Shown here: positions 18,715 through 28,159 of the stretch, piece by piece | Numbering within the stretch: the stretch's first letter is position 1 | Layout of the letters: every line of letters starts with the position of its first letter | NCBI GenBank assembly: GCA_963805065.1 | Contig: CAWDSS010000010.1 | Location: forward strand, 792,359 to 856,358 | Reading direction: 5' to 3' | Length of the DNA: 64,000 nt | Origin: Candidatus Omnitrophota bacterium | Lineage (GTDB): Bacteria; Omnitrophota; Gorgyraeia; Gygaellales; Profunditerraquicolaceae | The notes under the pieces: generated by a model | Seen by the model: the letters and a program-made list of their open reading frames with translations, nothing else | What the model was told of the DNA's origin: nothing | Databases searched by the model: none | Position numbers and translations under genes: made by a program

Positions 18715-19842
18715 ATGGTAAATCCAAAAAGACTTATTCGCCTTACCCAAAAATTAATTAGCATAAATTCCCAGAATCCTCCGGGAGACGAATTAAACAT
18801 TGCGCGCTTCGTGCAGAATTATCTTAAAAGTTTTGGCATCCAGTCAAAAATTTGTCAGTTTAAAAAAAGGCGCGCCAACGTAGTAGCTGTTATCAAGGGC
18901 AGGAATAAAAAACCTTCTTTGCTCATCACCCCGCATCTGGATACGGTACCTGCGGGACGAAGCTGGAAACACGATCCTCTGGCCGGTAAAATTTCCCAAA
19001 ATAAAATTTACGGCCTGGGGGCAACTGATTGTAAAGGAAACCTTGCCTGTGCCTTAGAGGCGTTAAATTGCATTGCCGAAGACAAAACAAAATTAAATTA
19101 TAATTTGATTTTTGCAGCTACGGCAGATGAGGAAAGCGGCTCGAGCCTGGGTTTGATACCGTTACTGAATAAGGGAATATTAAGGCCGGATGCGGCAGTA
19201 GTACTGGATGCCGACGATTTTGAAATTATTGTAACCCAGAAAGGCCTGATGCACCTGAAGGTAAAGATACAAGGCAGGAGAGCGCACGGCGCATATCCCT
19301 GGATGGGCATTAACGCAATAGACGCCGCCATAAACATATTAAAAGAAGTAAAAACGCTTAAATTTTTCTATAAAAAGAATAAATATCTTAGGCCTCCGAC
19401 AGTAAATATAGGAACCATAGTAGGAGGGGATAAGGTAAATGTTGTGGCTGATTACTGCGAATTTGAGCTGGATTTCAGGTTTTTGCCCGGGATGAGCGCA
19501 AAAGAATTACTGAGTAGTTTAAAAAACATAATCAGGAAACATGCTAAAAAATTCGGAGTAGAAATAGAAGGGATCCAGGAGCCTTATTACATAGAGGAAA
19601 CACATTCTTTGGTAGCCTCTATTAAAAAAGCCATGCAGAAGTCCAAAATCAAGCCGCTTATTAAGGGATCTGAGGGCGCTACTGTAATCACATTTTTTCA
19701 GGATAAAAATATCCCGGCGGTTGCAACAGGTTTTGGCTGCGGAGGCTGCGCCCACGCGGCGGATGAATTCGTCAAAATTAGCAACTTAGTCAGAGGAGCA
19801 GTTGTGTTAGAAGAGTTTTTAAAGGATTATAAATTCAACTAA
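18715..19842 (+). CDS. M20-family metallopeptidase (ArgE/DapE-like deacylase)
   Basis: Motifs HLDTVP, GATDCKG and ADEESG, plus the dimerisation-domain pattern. Confidence 0.8.
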   Translation: MVNPKRLIRLTQKLISINSQNPPGDELNIARFVQNYLKSFGIQSKICQFKKRRANVVAVIKGRNKKPSLLITPHLDTVPAGRSWKHDPLAGKISQNKIYGLGATDCKGNLACALEALNCIAEDKTKLNYNLIFAATADEESGSSLGLIPLLNKGILRPDAAVVLDADDFEIIVTQKGLMHLKVKIQGRRAHGAYPWMGINAIDAAINILKEVKTLKFFYKKNKYLRPPTVNIGTIVGGDKVNVVADYCEFELDFRFLPGMSAKELLSSLKNIIRKHAKKFGVEIEGIQEPYYIEETHSLVASIKKAMQKSKIKPLIKGSEGATVITFFQDKNIPAVATGFGCGGCAHAADEFVKISNLVRGAVVLEEFLKDYKFN

Positions 19843-19858
19843 ACCAGAAGGAGTAAAA

Positions 19859-20830
19859 ATGGAAGGAATTAAGATTACCAAGAGGCCAAGGCTAAAAAGC
19901 CCTTATTTAATCGTTGCCTGGCCGGGGATGGGTGAGGTAGCTTTTAAGGCAGCGACGTATCTGGTAGAAAAACTAAAAGCAGAAGAATTCGCATCGCTTG
20001 TTCCCGAAGAATTCTTTTACCTGACCGGAAGCGTTATCCAGGAAGGAATATTGAATGTGCCGGAATTGCCGCAGAGCAAATTTTATTATTGGAAGAATAA
20101 ATCCGGAAAAAATGATTTAATAATATTCCTCAGCAATGCCCAGCCTGACTTGGCAAAAGCAGAAAGCTATTCCAAAAGAATTATCCATATAGCCAAATTG
20201 TTTAATACCGAGATGATAATTAGTTTTGCTTCTATGCCGCTGGCGATAGAACATACGCAAGAGGCGCGCGTATGGTTTGCAAGTACTTCTGCAGAACTAA
20301 ACAGCAACTTAAAAAAACTCAACTTTAGCCTCTTGCCTGAAGGGCAAATCAGCGGAATGAACGGATTATTCTTAGGGATTGCTAAACGCGAAGGCTTTAA
20401 AGGCGTATGCCTGTTGGGAGAGATCCCCCTCTATACCATACAGATAGAAAATCCCAAGGCTTCTTTGGCAGTGCTTGGCGCATTGGCTAAGATTTTAAAT
20501 GTCAAGTTAGATACAGACGGCCTGGCAGAGCAGGCAAACTCTATGGAAGGAGAAATCAACAGGTTGCTGGATTATCTTAAGCTGGGCTCTCAAGGCCAAT
20601 CCGGGCCGATAGGAGAAGACGAGATAGAAAAGATTAAGAAAACTCTTAGCCAGCTTACCAAACTGCCTGTTTCGGTGAAAGAAAGAATAGAAAAACTTTT
20701 TTCAGAAGCTGAAAAAAACATCTCCAAGGCTAATGAATTGAAGTCCCAGCTGGATCAATGGAACGTATACAAGGAATATGAAGATAGGTTCCTGGATTTA
20801 TTTAGAAAGAATAAAGACAAAGGTAACTAG
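19859..20830 (+). CDS. PAC2-family (proteasome assembly chaperone-like) protein
   Basis: N-terminal LIVAWPGMGEVA pattern typical of PAC2-family proteins. Coiled-coil tail. Confidence 0.5.
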   Translation: MEGIKITKRPRLKSPYLIVAWPGMGEVAFKAATYLVEKLKAEEFASLVPEEFFYLTGSVIQEGILNVPELPQSKFYYWKNKSGKNDLIIFLSNAQPDLAKAESYSKRIIHIAKLFNTEMIISFASMPLAIEHTQEARVWFASTSAELNSNLKKLNFSLLPEGQISGMNGLFLGIAKREGFKGVCLLGEIPLYTIQIENPKASLAVLGALAKILNVKLDTDGLAEQANSMEGEINRLLDYLKLGSQGQSGPIGEDEIEKIKKTLSQLTKLPVSVKERIEKLFSEAEKNISKANELKSQLDQWNVYKEYEDRFLDLFRKNKDKGN

Positions 20831-20835
20831 TTAAC

Positions 20836-21843
20836 ATGCCGGACAAAAAAATACTCATGGGCCATGGAAGCGGCGGGAAATTAATGCATAACCTGATTAA
20901 GGATCTCCTGGTCCCCAGGCTTAATAATCCCATACTAAGTGAGCTTTCCGACGCAGCTTTCTTGAATTATCATGACAGGATAGCTTTCTCTACCGATAGC
21001 TTTGTAGTAAGCCCCTTGTGGTTTAAGGGTGGAGATATCGGGAAATTGGCTATTTGCGGCACAGTGAATGACCTGGTTATGCTGGGAGCTGTTCCTGAAT
21101 ATTTGTCCCTGGCCTTTATCATAGAAGAAGGCCTGGATTTTGCTATTTTAGAAAAAATAGTTGATTCTATCGCACTTAATGCTAAAAGAGCGCACGTCTC
21201 GGTTGTTACCGGAGACCTGAAGGTCGTGGAAAAGGGTTCCTGCGATAAGATTTTTGTCAATAGCTCAGGCGTAGGGAGGATCGTGACACAAAAGAAATTA
21301 TCAGTGCAAAACATAAGACAGGGCGATAAAATTATCATTACAGGAGACATTGGAAATCACGGCCTGGCAGTCCTTGCCAAAAGAAAAGAACTGGATTTAA
21401 ACTTTAATATTAAGAGTGATTGCGCCAGCCTGAATGATTTAATTATCCCTGTACTTAAAAGAATTGATTCCATAAAATTTATGCGTGACCCTACAAGAGG
21501 TGGCTTGGCTACAACTTTAAACGAAGTCGCGCAAAGCTCGGGGTTAGGTATTGTTATCGAGGAGAAAAATATTCCCATATCGCAAAAGGTCAGGGCTGCC
21601 AGTGAATTGTTGGGCATAGACCCCTTATATATTGCCAATGAAGGAAGGGCTGTATTAGTGGTAAGGCAGGATAAAGCGCAAAGCATCTTAAATTTATTAA
21701 AAAAACATCCTTTAGGCAGGAATGCCGCAGTCATAGGGACTGTAGTAAAACAGCCAAAGGCAATAGTTTTGCTAAATACAATTTTGGGTACACAGCGTAT
21801 AATAGATATGTTAACCAGTGAGCCATTGCCAAGAATTTGCTAG
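20836..21843 (+). CDS. hypE: hydrogenase maturation protein HypE
   Basis: AIR-synthase-like fold motifs (GHGSGG, DPTRGG) and the diagnostic C-terminal PRIC. Confidence 0.9.
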   Translation: MPDKKILMGHGSGGKLMHNLIKDLLVPRLNNPILSELSDAAFLNYHDRIAFSTDSFVVSPLWFKGGDIGKLAICGTVNDLVMLGAVPEYLSLAFIIEEGLDFAILEKIVDSIALNAKRAHVSVVTGDLKVVEKGSCDKIFVNSSGVGRIVTQKKLSVQNIRQGDKIIITGDIGNHGLAVLAKRKELDLNFNIKSDCASLNDLIIPVLKRIDSIKFMRDPTRGGLATTLNEVAQSSGLGIVIEEKNIPISQKVRAASELLGIDPLYIANEGRAVLVVRQDKAQSILNLLKKHPLGRNAAVIGTVVKQPKAIVLLNTILGTQRIIDMLTSEPLPRIC

Positions 21844-22583
21844 TTATGAAAACCGCTAGTTACCAAAAGAGATTTTACCGGGACTGGGTTAAGGCAAAAG
21901 GATTATGCCTTACGCGCATCCTGGAAAAAGAAACGGACCTGCAGATCTTAACAAATAAACCTTTAGACCGGGATTTTATTAAAGAAAGAATACATTTGTA
22001 CCGCTGGAATATTGAAAACTACATAGATAGAGATAGAAGGTTTTTAGCTGCGCTTAAACCAATACCAGTAGAATTGAATGCTCCCTTAATCGTAAAGGAA
22101 ATGGCTGAACAATCCAGGAAGGCAAACGTGGGGCCTATGGCTACCGTTGCAGGGGCAGTTGCAGAGTTTCTGGGCAGGGACCTGTTAAAAAAAGGCTATA
22201 AAGAAGTAATAATTGAGAATGGGGGAGACATATTCCTAAAGATAAGAAAGATTCGTTCGGTTGGAATTTACGTCGGAAAATCCAAATTATGGAACAAGCT
22301 GAGTTTGAAAATAAAACCCAAAGATACGCCCATGGGTATTTGTACCTCATCCGGCACCATAGGCCATTCATTGAGTTTTGGCTGTGCTGACGGGGTAATA
22401 ATTTTATCCAAGAATACTGCTTTGGCTGATGCTGTGGCCACGGCCACAGGTAACCTCGTAAAATCCAAGGAAGATTTGCAAAAGGCGCTGGATTTTGCCA
22501 GATCCATAAAAGGGGTTCTGGGGGTAGCAGTTATCCTCAAGAACACTCTTATCAGCTGGGGTAAAATAGAATTCGTTAAATAA
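21837..22583 (+). CDS. UPF0280 (ApbE-like) family protein
   Basis: ETDLQI, GPMATVAGAVAE and IENGGDIF match the UPF0280 pattern. Confidence 0.6.
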   Translation: MLVMKTASYQKRFYRDWVKAKGLCLTRILEKETDLQILTNKPLDRDFIKERIHLYRWNIENYIDRDRRFLAALKPIPVELNAPLIVKEMAEQSRKANVGPMATVAGAVAEFLGRDLLKKGYKEVIIENGGDIFLKIRKIRSVGIYVGKSKLWNKLSLKIKPKDTPMGICTSSGTIGHSLSFGCADGVIILSKNTALADAVATATGNLVKSKEDLQKALDFARSIKGVLGVAVILKNTLISWGKIEFVK

Positions 22584-22604
22584 AGCAAAATACCGCGCTA
22601 AGTT

Positions 22605-22796
22605 ATGTTGAAACCTAAAGATGTATTGAGAAGGATCGTTTCAAGAGCTTGTGTGCTCAGGGAATTATTAAGTTTCTTGTGGGAAAATAAATTATGGTGG
22701 ATGATTCCTATACTTGTCGTATTTGTTCTATTGGGTGCATTGATATTCTTTACACAGAGCTCTGCGGTTGCTCCGTTTATCTATACCCTATTTTAA
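22605..22796 (+). CDS. small membrane protein (DUF5989-like)
   Basis: 63 aa with one TM segment. It is in the typical position upstream of the SxtJ-like/carbamoyltransferase pair. Confidence 0.45.
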   Translation: MLKPKDVLRRIVSRACVLRELLSFLWENKLWWMIPILVVFVLLGALIFFTQSSAVAPFIYTLF

Positions 22797-22797
22797 G

Positions 22798-23013
22798 ATG
22801 ATTGAAATATTTAAATTGCTGAATAAATGCGCAAAAAAGGTGTTGAGCATATTAGTAAGACTGGCGTTAATTATCGTCTATTCGATAATCCTCTTGCCAT
22901 TTGGCATCCTGGGCCGCTTTTGTGCTGATTTCCTAGACACAAAGAAAAACAAGCCCCGCTGGATACCCTCCCCTAAAATTAAAGACATAAATAATTTCTT
23001 AAGGCGGCAATAA
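22798..23013 (+). CDS. SxtJ-like small membrane protein
   Basis: Start taken at the internal ATG right after the previous stop. One hydrophobic hairpin. Adjacent to the carbamoyltransferase. Confidence 0.4.
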   Translation: MIEIFKLLNKCAKKVLSILVRLALIIVYSIILLPFGILGRFCADFLDTKKNKPRWIPSPKIKDINNFLRRQ

Positions 23014-23014
23014 A

Positions 23015-24706
23015 ATGTATATACTGGGAATCAGCTGTTATTACCATGATGCTGCAGCCTGCTTGCTAGAAAACGGTAGAGTTGTTGCTGCAGCAGAAGA
23101 AGAGAGGTTTACGCGCATTAAGCATGATTCCTCTTTTCCCCGAAACGCCATAAATTTTTGCCTGGAATACGCAAATATCCAAACCAGGGATATTGATTAC
23201 GTAGTATTCAACGAAAAACCATTTTTGAAATTCGAACGTATCACTAAAACTATTTTAGCTACTTATCCTTTATCGGGAGGGCTCTTTCAGGAAGCAGCGA
23301 TAAACTGGATGGGCGATAAGTTATGGATTAAGAGTTTAATAGAAGAAGAAATCGGCATAGATAGAGAGAAAATACTTTTCTCTCAACACCATCTTTCCCA
23401 TGCTGCGGGAAGTCTTTTTTGTTCGAATTTCCGGGAAGCTGCGGTCGTTACCTGCGATGGGGTGGGCGAATGGGAAACAACTGCGGTTGGCTTTGGAAAA
23501 GCCGGCTGGCAGGCCGGCGAAAAAAACGAAATACAATTGTTAGAAGAAATAAGATTTCCGCACTCGCTGGGCCTTTTATATTCTGCCTTTACTTCATTTT
23601 TAGGTTTTAAAGTGAACGATGGCGAGTATAAAGTAATGGGTATGGCTGCATTCGGTAAGCCGCGATATACCGATAAGGTTTATCAATTGATAAATGTAGC
23701 AGAAGATGGAAGTTTCAGGCTGAATATGCAATATTTCAGCTTCCATTATCATACCAAAAAAAGTATTAACAGGCGTTTTGAAAAACTGTTCGGCAGGTCC
23801 CGTAATGCAGACATAGCCGCCAGTATTCAAAAAGTCACCGAAGATGTGTTAATAAAAATCTGTAACCACGCGTATTTAAAAACGGGATTTAAGAAATTAT
23901 GTTTTTCCGGAGGAGTGGCGTTAAATTGCGTTGCTAATTCCAGGATCCTGCGAGAAACTCCTTTTGAAGAAATGTTTATCCAGCCTGCTGCCGGAGATTC
24001 CGGTGCTGCGATGGGAGCGGCACTGTTTGTCTGGCATTGTCTATTAGGTGAGCCCAGGAGTTTTGTGCTTAATCATGCATTTTGGGGTAAGGAATATTCT
24101 GACGCAGAAGTAGAATCTTTTCTTAAAAGTAAGCGCACAGGCTACGAACATATAAAAGACAGGGATAAACTTTTAGATTTAGTTGCCCAAGCTATTGCTG
24201 ACGGAAAAGTAATTGGCTGGCTGCAGGGAAGATTTGAATGGGGCCCCCGAGCCCTGGGAAACCGCTCTATTTTGGCTGACCCGCGGGATAATTTAATGAA
24301 AGATATCATAAATATTAAAATTAAATTCCGGGAGCCCTTTCGCCCGTTTGCGCCTGCGGTGCTATCAGAAAAGGCAGAAGATTTTTTTGAGTTTGATAAA
24401 ACCAGGAATCAATCACCTTTAAGGTTTATGCTTTATACGCTGCCCGTAAAGAAAAAAGAATTGATTCCCGCTGTTACTCACGTTGACGGATCAAGCCGGC
24501 CGCAGGTGGTAGATAAAGAAACAAGCCCGCTTTTTTACAGTCTGATTGAAAAATTTTATCACTTAACAGGGATGCCGGTGTTGTTAAATACCTCCTTTAA
24601 CTTAAAAGATGAGCCTATTGTCAATAGCCCCCAGGATGCCTTTAATACGTTTACAAAAAGCGGCATTGATATGCTGGTATTAAATAACTTTATCATTAAA
24701 AAATGA
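23015..24706 (+). CDS. NodU/CmcH/TobZ-type carbamoyltransferase (Kae1-like plus YrdC-like domains)
   Basis: N-terminal ILGISCYYHDAAA..AAEEERFTR. C-terminal HVDGSSRPQ and LNTSFN. Confidence 0.85.
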   Translation: MYILGISCYYHDAAACLLENGRVVAAAEEERFTRIKHDSSFPRNAINFCLEYANIQTRDIDYVVFNEKPFLKFERITKTILATYPLSGGLFQEAAINWMGDKLWIKSLIEEEIGIDREKILFSQHHLSHAAGSLFCSNFREAAVVTCDGVGEWETTAVGFGKAGWQAGEKNEIQLLEEIRFPHSLGLLYSAFTSFLGFKVNDGEYKVMGMAAFGKPRYTDKVYQLINVAEDGSFRLNMQYFSFHYHTKKSINRRFEKLFGRSRNADIAASIQKVTEDVLIKICNHAYLKTGFKKLCFSGGVALNCVANSRILRETPFEEMFIQPAAGDSGAAMGAALFVWHCLLGEPRSFVLNHAFWGKEYSDAEVESFLKSKRTGYEHIKDRDKLLDLVAQAIADGKVIGWLQGRFEWGPRALGNRSILADPRDNLMKDIINIKIKFREPFRPFAPAVLSEKAEDFFEFDKTRNQSPLRFMLYTLPVKKKELIPAVTHVDGSSRPQVVDKETSPLFYSLIEKFYHLTGMPVLLNTSFNLKDEPIVNSPQDAFNTFTKSGIDMLVLNNFIIKK

Positions 24707-24828
24707 TAAAGTTTAATTTTTTATTAGAGAATTTATGGCGCGAGGGACAAAAAAAGGAAAATTTTTTTGAAATCTAGATTTCCCGACGGGGAAAATATTT
24801 TTTAAATCAGGAAAAATCGAAAAATCTC

Positions 24829-24857
24829 TTGACAATGGCGTCATATTGTGATAAAAA
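24829..24857 (+). promoter_or_regulatory. putative promoter (TTGACA, 17-nt spacer, TAAAAA) sharing a 15-nt block with 56275-56289
   Basis: Read directly. It lies 120 nt upstream of the ATP-grasp gene. Confidence 0.4.
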
Positions 24858-24977
24858 AATAGTATAAATTGGATATTTTAAGTTTAATTTTTACTTTTTT
24901 CGGAGGCTAAACAGTTAAGTTGGAAAAATAGGAAAGCAAATCGAGGGCTCAAGAACACAAGAGCTCTTATTTTTTAT

Positions 24978-25973
24978 ATGACAACAAAAACTGTAGGGCT
25001 TACCTACGATTTAAAGACAGATTACGAATTTAAAGACGGCGACCCCCCGGATGCTAACGCAGAATTCGACGCCCCCTCGACCATTGCCGTAATCACAAAG
25101 GCCATTGAAAAATGCGGCTTTAAAGTCAAGAAAATCGGCAATGCAGTCAATTTAATGGAAAAAATAGATAATCTGGAAGTGGATATTGTTTTTAATATTT
25201 CCGAAGGCATTTCCGGAAGGAACAGGGAATCCCAGGTGCCGATATTACTGGAAATGGCAGGCATTCCTTTTGTCGGGGCAGATGCCTTGACCTTGGGGTT
25301 AACCCTGGATAAAGTTATGGCAAAGAAGATTTTTATTGCGGAAAAAATTCCTACGCCTAAGTTTTTTGAAATAAAGAATGCCGAAGAATTATTAAACACC
25401 GACCATTGTAAATTTCCTTTGATTGTCAAACCCAGGTTTGAGGGGTCATCAAAGGGGTTAAGTGAGAGCTCCCGCGTGGCAAATAAGGAAGAGCTAAAAA
25501 AACAAGTAGAATATATTGTGGATACATATAAGCAGCCAGCATTGATAGAAGAGTTTATCTCCGGGCAGGAATTCACCGTCGCGATTGTCGGCAATGACCA
25601 GCCGGAAGCAATGCCCGTGGTTCAAATAAAAATAGACGGCCGGCTGAAGCTTAACGATAAGTTTTATACTTTTGCCCGCATAACCTCTAACCGCCTGGAG
25701 TATATATGCCCTGCGCGCATAACCCAGGAATTAAAAAAGAAAATCATCGATCTTGCTTTAAGGACATACAAGGCAGTTGAGTGCAGGGATTTTGGGCGGG
25801 TTGATTTCAGGGTGGATAGCGAAGGTAACCCTTACGTGCTGGAGATTAATCCGCTGCCTTCTTTGTCTACGGAAGACGTGTTCAAGCTGGTAGCAAACAA
25901 TATCGGGATCTCTTATGAAGAAATGATTGGAAAGATTTTAAACAGCGCAATCAAAAGGTACAATTTAAATTAG
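24978..25973 (+). CDS. ATP-grasp ligase of the D-Ala-D-Ala ligase family
   Basis: PLIVKPRFEGSSKG, EEFISGQEFTV and RVDFR...PYVLEINPLP. Confidence 0.8.
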   Translation: MTTKTVGLTYDLKTDYEFKDGDPPDANAEFDAPSTIAVITKAIEKCGFKVKKIGNAVNLMEKIDNLEVDIVFNISEGISGRNRESQVPILLEMAGIPFVGADALTLGLTLDKVMAKKIFIAEKIPTPKFFEIKNAEELLNTDHCKFPLIVKPRFEGSSKGLSESSRVANKEELKKQVEYIVDTYKQPALIEEFISGQEFTVAIVGNDQPEAMPVVQIKIDGRLKLNDKFYTFARITSNRLEYICPARITQELKKKIIDLALRTYKAVECRDFGRVDFRVDSEGNPYVLEINPLPSLSTEDVFKLVANNIGISYEEMIGKILNSAIKRYNLN

Positions 25974-25975
25974 AT

Positions 25976-26976
25976 ATGAAAATCGCCTTAACCTATAATT
26001 TGAAAAAGAAAGACAACACCAAGCCTGAGGATTATTTTTCAGAGTATGATTCACAGGAAACAGTCAATGCGATTGTTTCGGCCCTTAAGGTAAAAGGCCA
26101 CAGCGTAGAGGCTATAGATGTAGAATACCCCAACCTTATTTCCTACTTTAAGAAAAATAAGGTAGACATGGTTTTTAATATCGCCGAGGGCAAAGCTAGC
26201 AAATTCCGCGAATCAGAAGTGCCGGCAGTGCTGGATTATCTCAATATTCCCTATACCGGTTCAGACACCTTTTCTTTGGCCCTGGCCTTGAATAAAGCAC
26301 TTACCAAGAAAATACTAAAGGCAGAAAATATACCTACCCCGAGTTTTCAGACTTTTAGCAAGGGTAGCGAAGAACTGGATCCTGCTTTACAATTCCCTCT
26401 GATAGTAAAACCAAACTGCGAAGGTTCGGCAAAAGGCATTAATAAATCCAATGTAGTCAACACGCCCGAGGAGCTGTTTAGTAAAGTTTACGAAACAATC
26501 AAGTTATATAAACAGGAAGCCCTGGTTGAAGAATTTATAGACGGAAAAGAATTGACTGTCGGTATCTTAGAAAATGGCAAGACTACGGTTTTGCCGATTT
26601 TGGAAATAGATTTTTCTGGCTGTCAAACTTCAGGAGAATATTTTTATTCCTGGCGAATGAAGGAATTTCAGGGCAATAAAGAATTGGGCCTTGTGCCGAC
26701 ATTTCATTGCCCTGCGCGTTTAGGTAGAGAGGTCGAAGAGCGCGTAAAAGAAGTAGCTTTAAGGACGCACCGCGCAGTCGGCTGCCTGGATATTTCACGC
26801 ACGGATATCCGCTTAAACAGAATAATATTCCCTATGTATTGGAGATCAACCCATTACCCGGCCTTGATCCCAGTGAATCAAATTTTCCCATAATGGCTTA
26901 TGCTGCCGGGATGAAATACGAGGATCTTATTGAGGCAATATTAATCAGCGCCTCAGAAAGGAAAAGGCTAAATTGA
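25976..26976 (+). pseudogene. second Ddl-family ATP-grasp ligase, reading frame broken once near 26820
   Basis: The ORF-track protein loses homology after ..RTDIRLN. The next frame reads NNIPYVLEINPLPGLDP...ERKRLN*, matching the C-terminus of the paralog. Confidence 0.75.
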
Positions 26977-28159
26977 ATAATCCCTTGACAGTTGAACATC
27001 AGAGCCCGCAGCAGGAAACAATACAAGTAGCCCGTCCTACAAGAAGGCCTCAGGATTATCAGCAGATAAGCCTTTATAAAGATGTTAATCCCTTGGATTG
27101 GGAGGATTGGCATTGGCAGCTCAAACACAGAATCTGTTCCAAAGAGGAGCTTACCCAGGTAATTAAATTAACCCCGGAAGAAGAAGAAGGGCTTAAAAAA
27201 GCAGCAGGCAGATTGTCTTTGGCAATTACTCCTTATTGGGCGACTTTGATTGATCCAGAAGACCCTAATTGTCCCCTGAGGCGCCAGGCAGTGCCGGTTA
27301 TTCAGGAATCACTAATTTCTCCCCATGAAATGGCTGACCCTTGCGCTGAAGACAGGGATTCTCCCGCGCCGCATTTAGTCCACCGTTACCCGGACAGGGT
27401 TTTACTGCTGGCTACGGAGCATTGCGCTATGTATTGCCGTCATTGCACCCGGAGAAGATTAGTAGGAGACCATGAAGAGAATCTAATTCTCCACTCAAGA
27501 TTTGATGCGGCAATAGAATATATTAAATCAAACCGCAAAATAAGAGACGTGCTTATTTCCGGAGGCGATCCTTTTACTCTGGAAGACGAAGAAATTGAAA
27601 ACTTAATCCAAAAGATTCGCTCCATTTCGCATGTGGAATTTTTAAGAATAGGCACGCGCGTTCCGGTGACCTTACCGCAGCGTATCACCGAAAACCTAGT
27701 TAATATGCTCAAGAAATATTCCCCCATCTGGATGAGCATACATTTTAACCATCCCAAGGAAATAACCAAGCGTTGTAAGATTGCCTGCGATATGCTTGCT
27801 GATGCCGGTATTCCTTTGGGCAGCCAGACAGTTCTTTTAAAAGGCATAAATGACCGGCCTTATATCATGAAACGCCTGGTGCATGAACTTTTGCAGATCA
27901 GGGTAAGGCCGTATTATATTTATCAGTGTGATCCGGTCAAGAGGCACGCAGCATTTCCGGACTCCGGTAGCCGCCGGCATAAATATAATTGAGAAACTAA
28001 GCGGCCATACTTCAGGTTATGCAGTGCCGACCTATGTTATTGACGGCCCGGGAGGCGGAGGAAAAATTCCCGTAGGGCCTAATTATATCCTTTCCCAGGC
28101 AAAAGGTAAATACGTGCTTGCGTAATTACAAAGGCAAGATCTATACCTATCTAGAATAA
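26973..28159 (+). pseudogene. kamA: lysine 2,3-aminomutase (KamA) family radical SAM enzyme, frame broken near 27942 and 28118
   Basis: CAMYCRHCTRR (CxxxCxxC) and QTVLLKGIND. After YQCDPVK the sequence continues in the +1 frame as [21 protein letters not shown]. The tail [12 protein letters not shown] is in a third frame. Confidence 0.8.
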
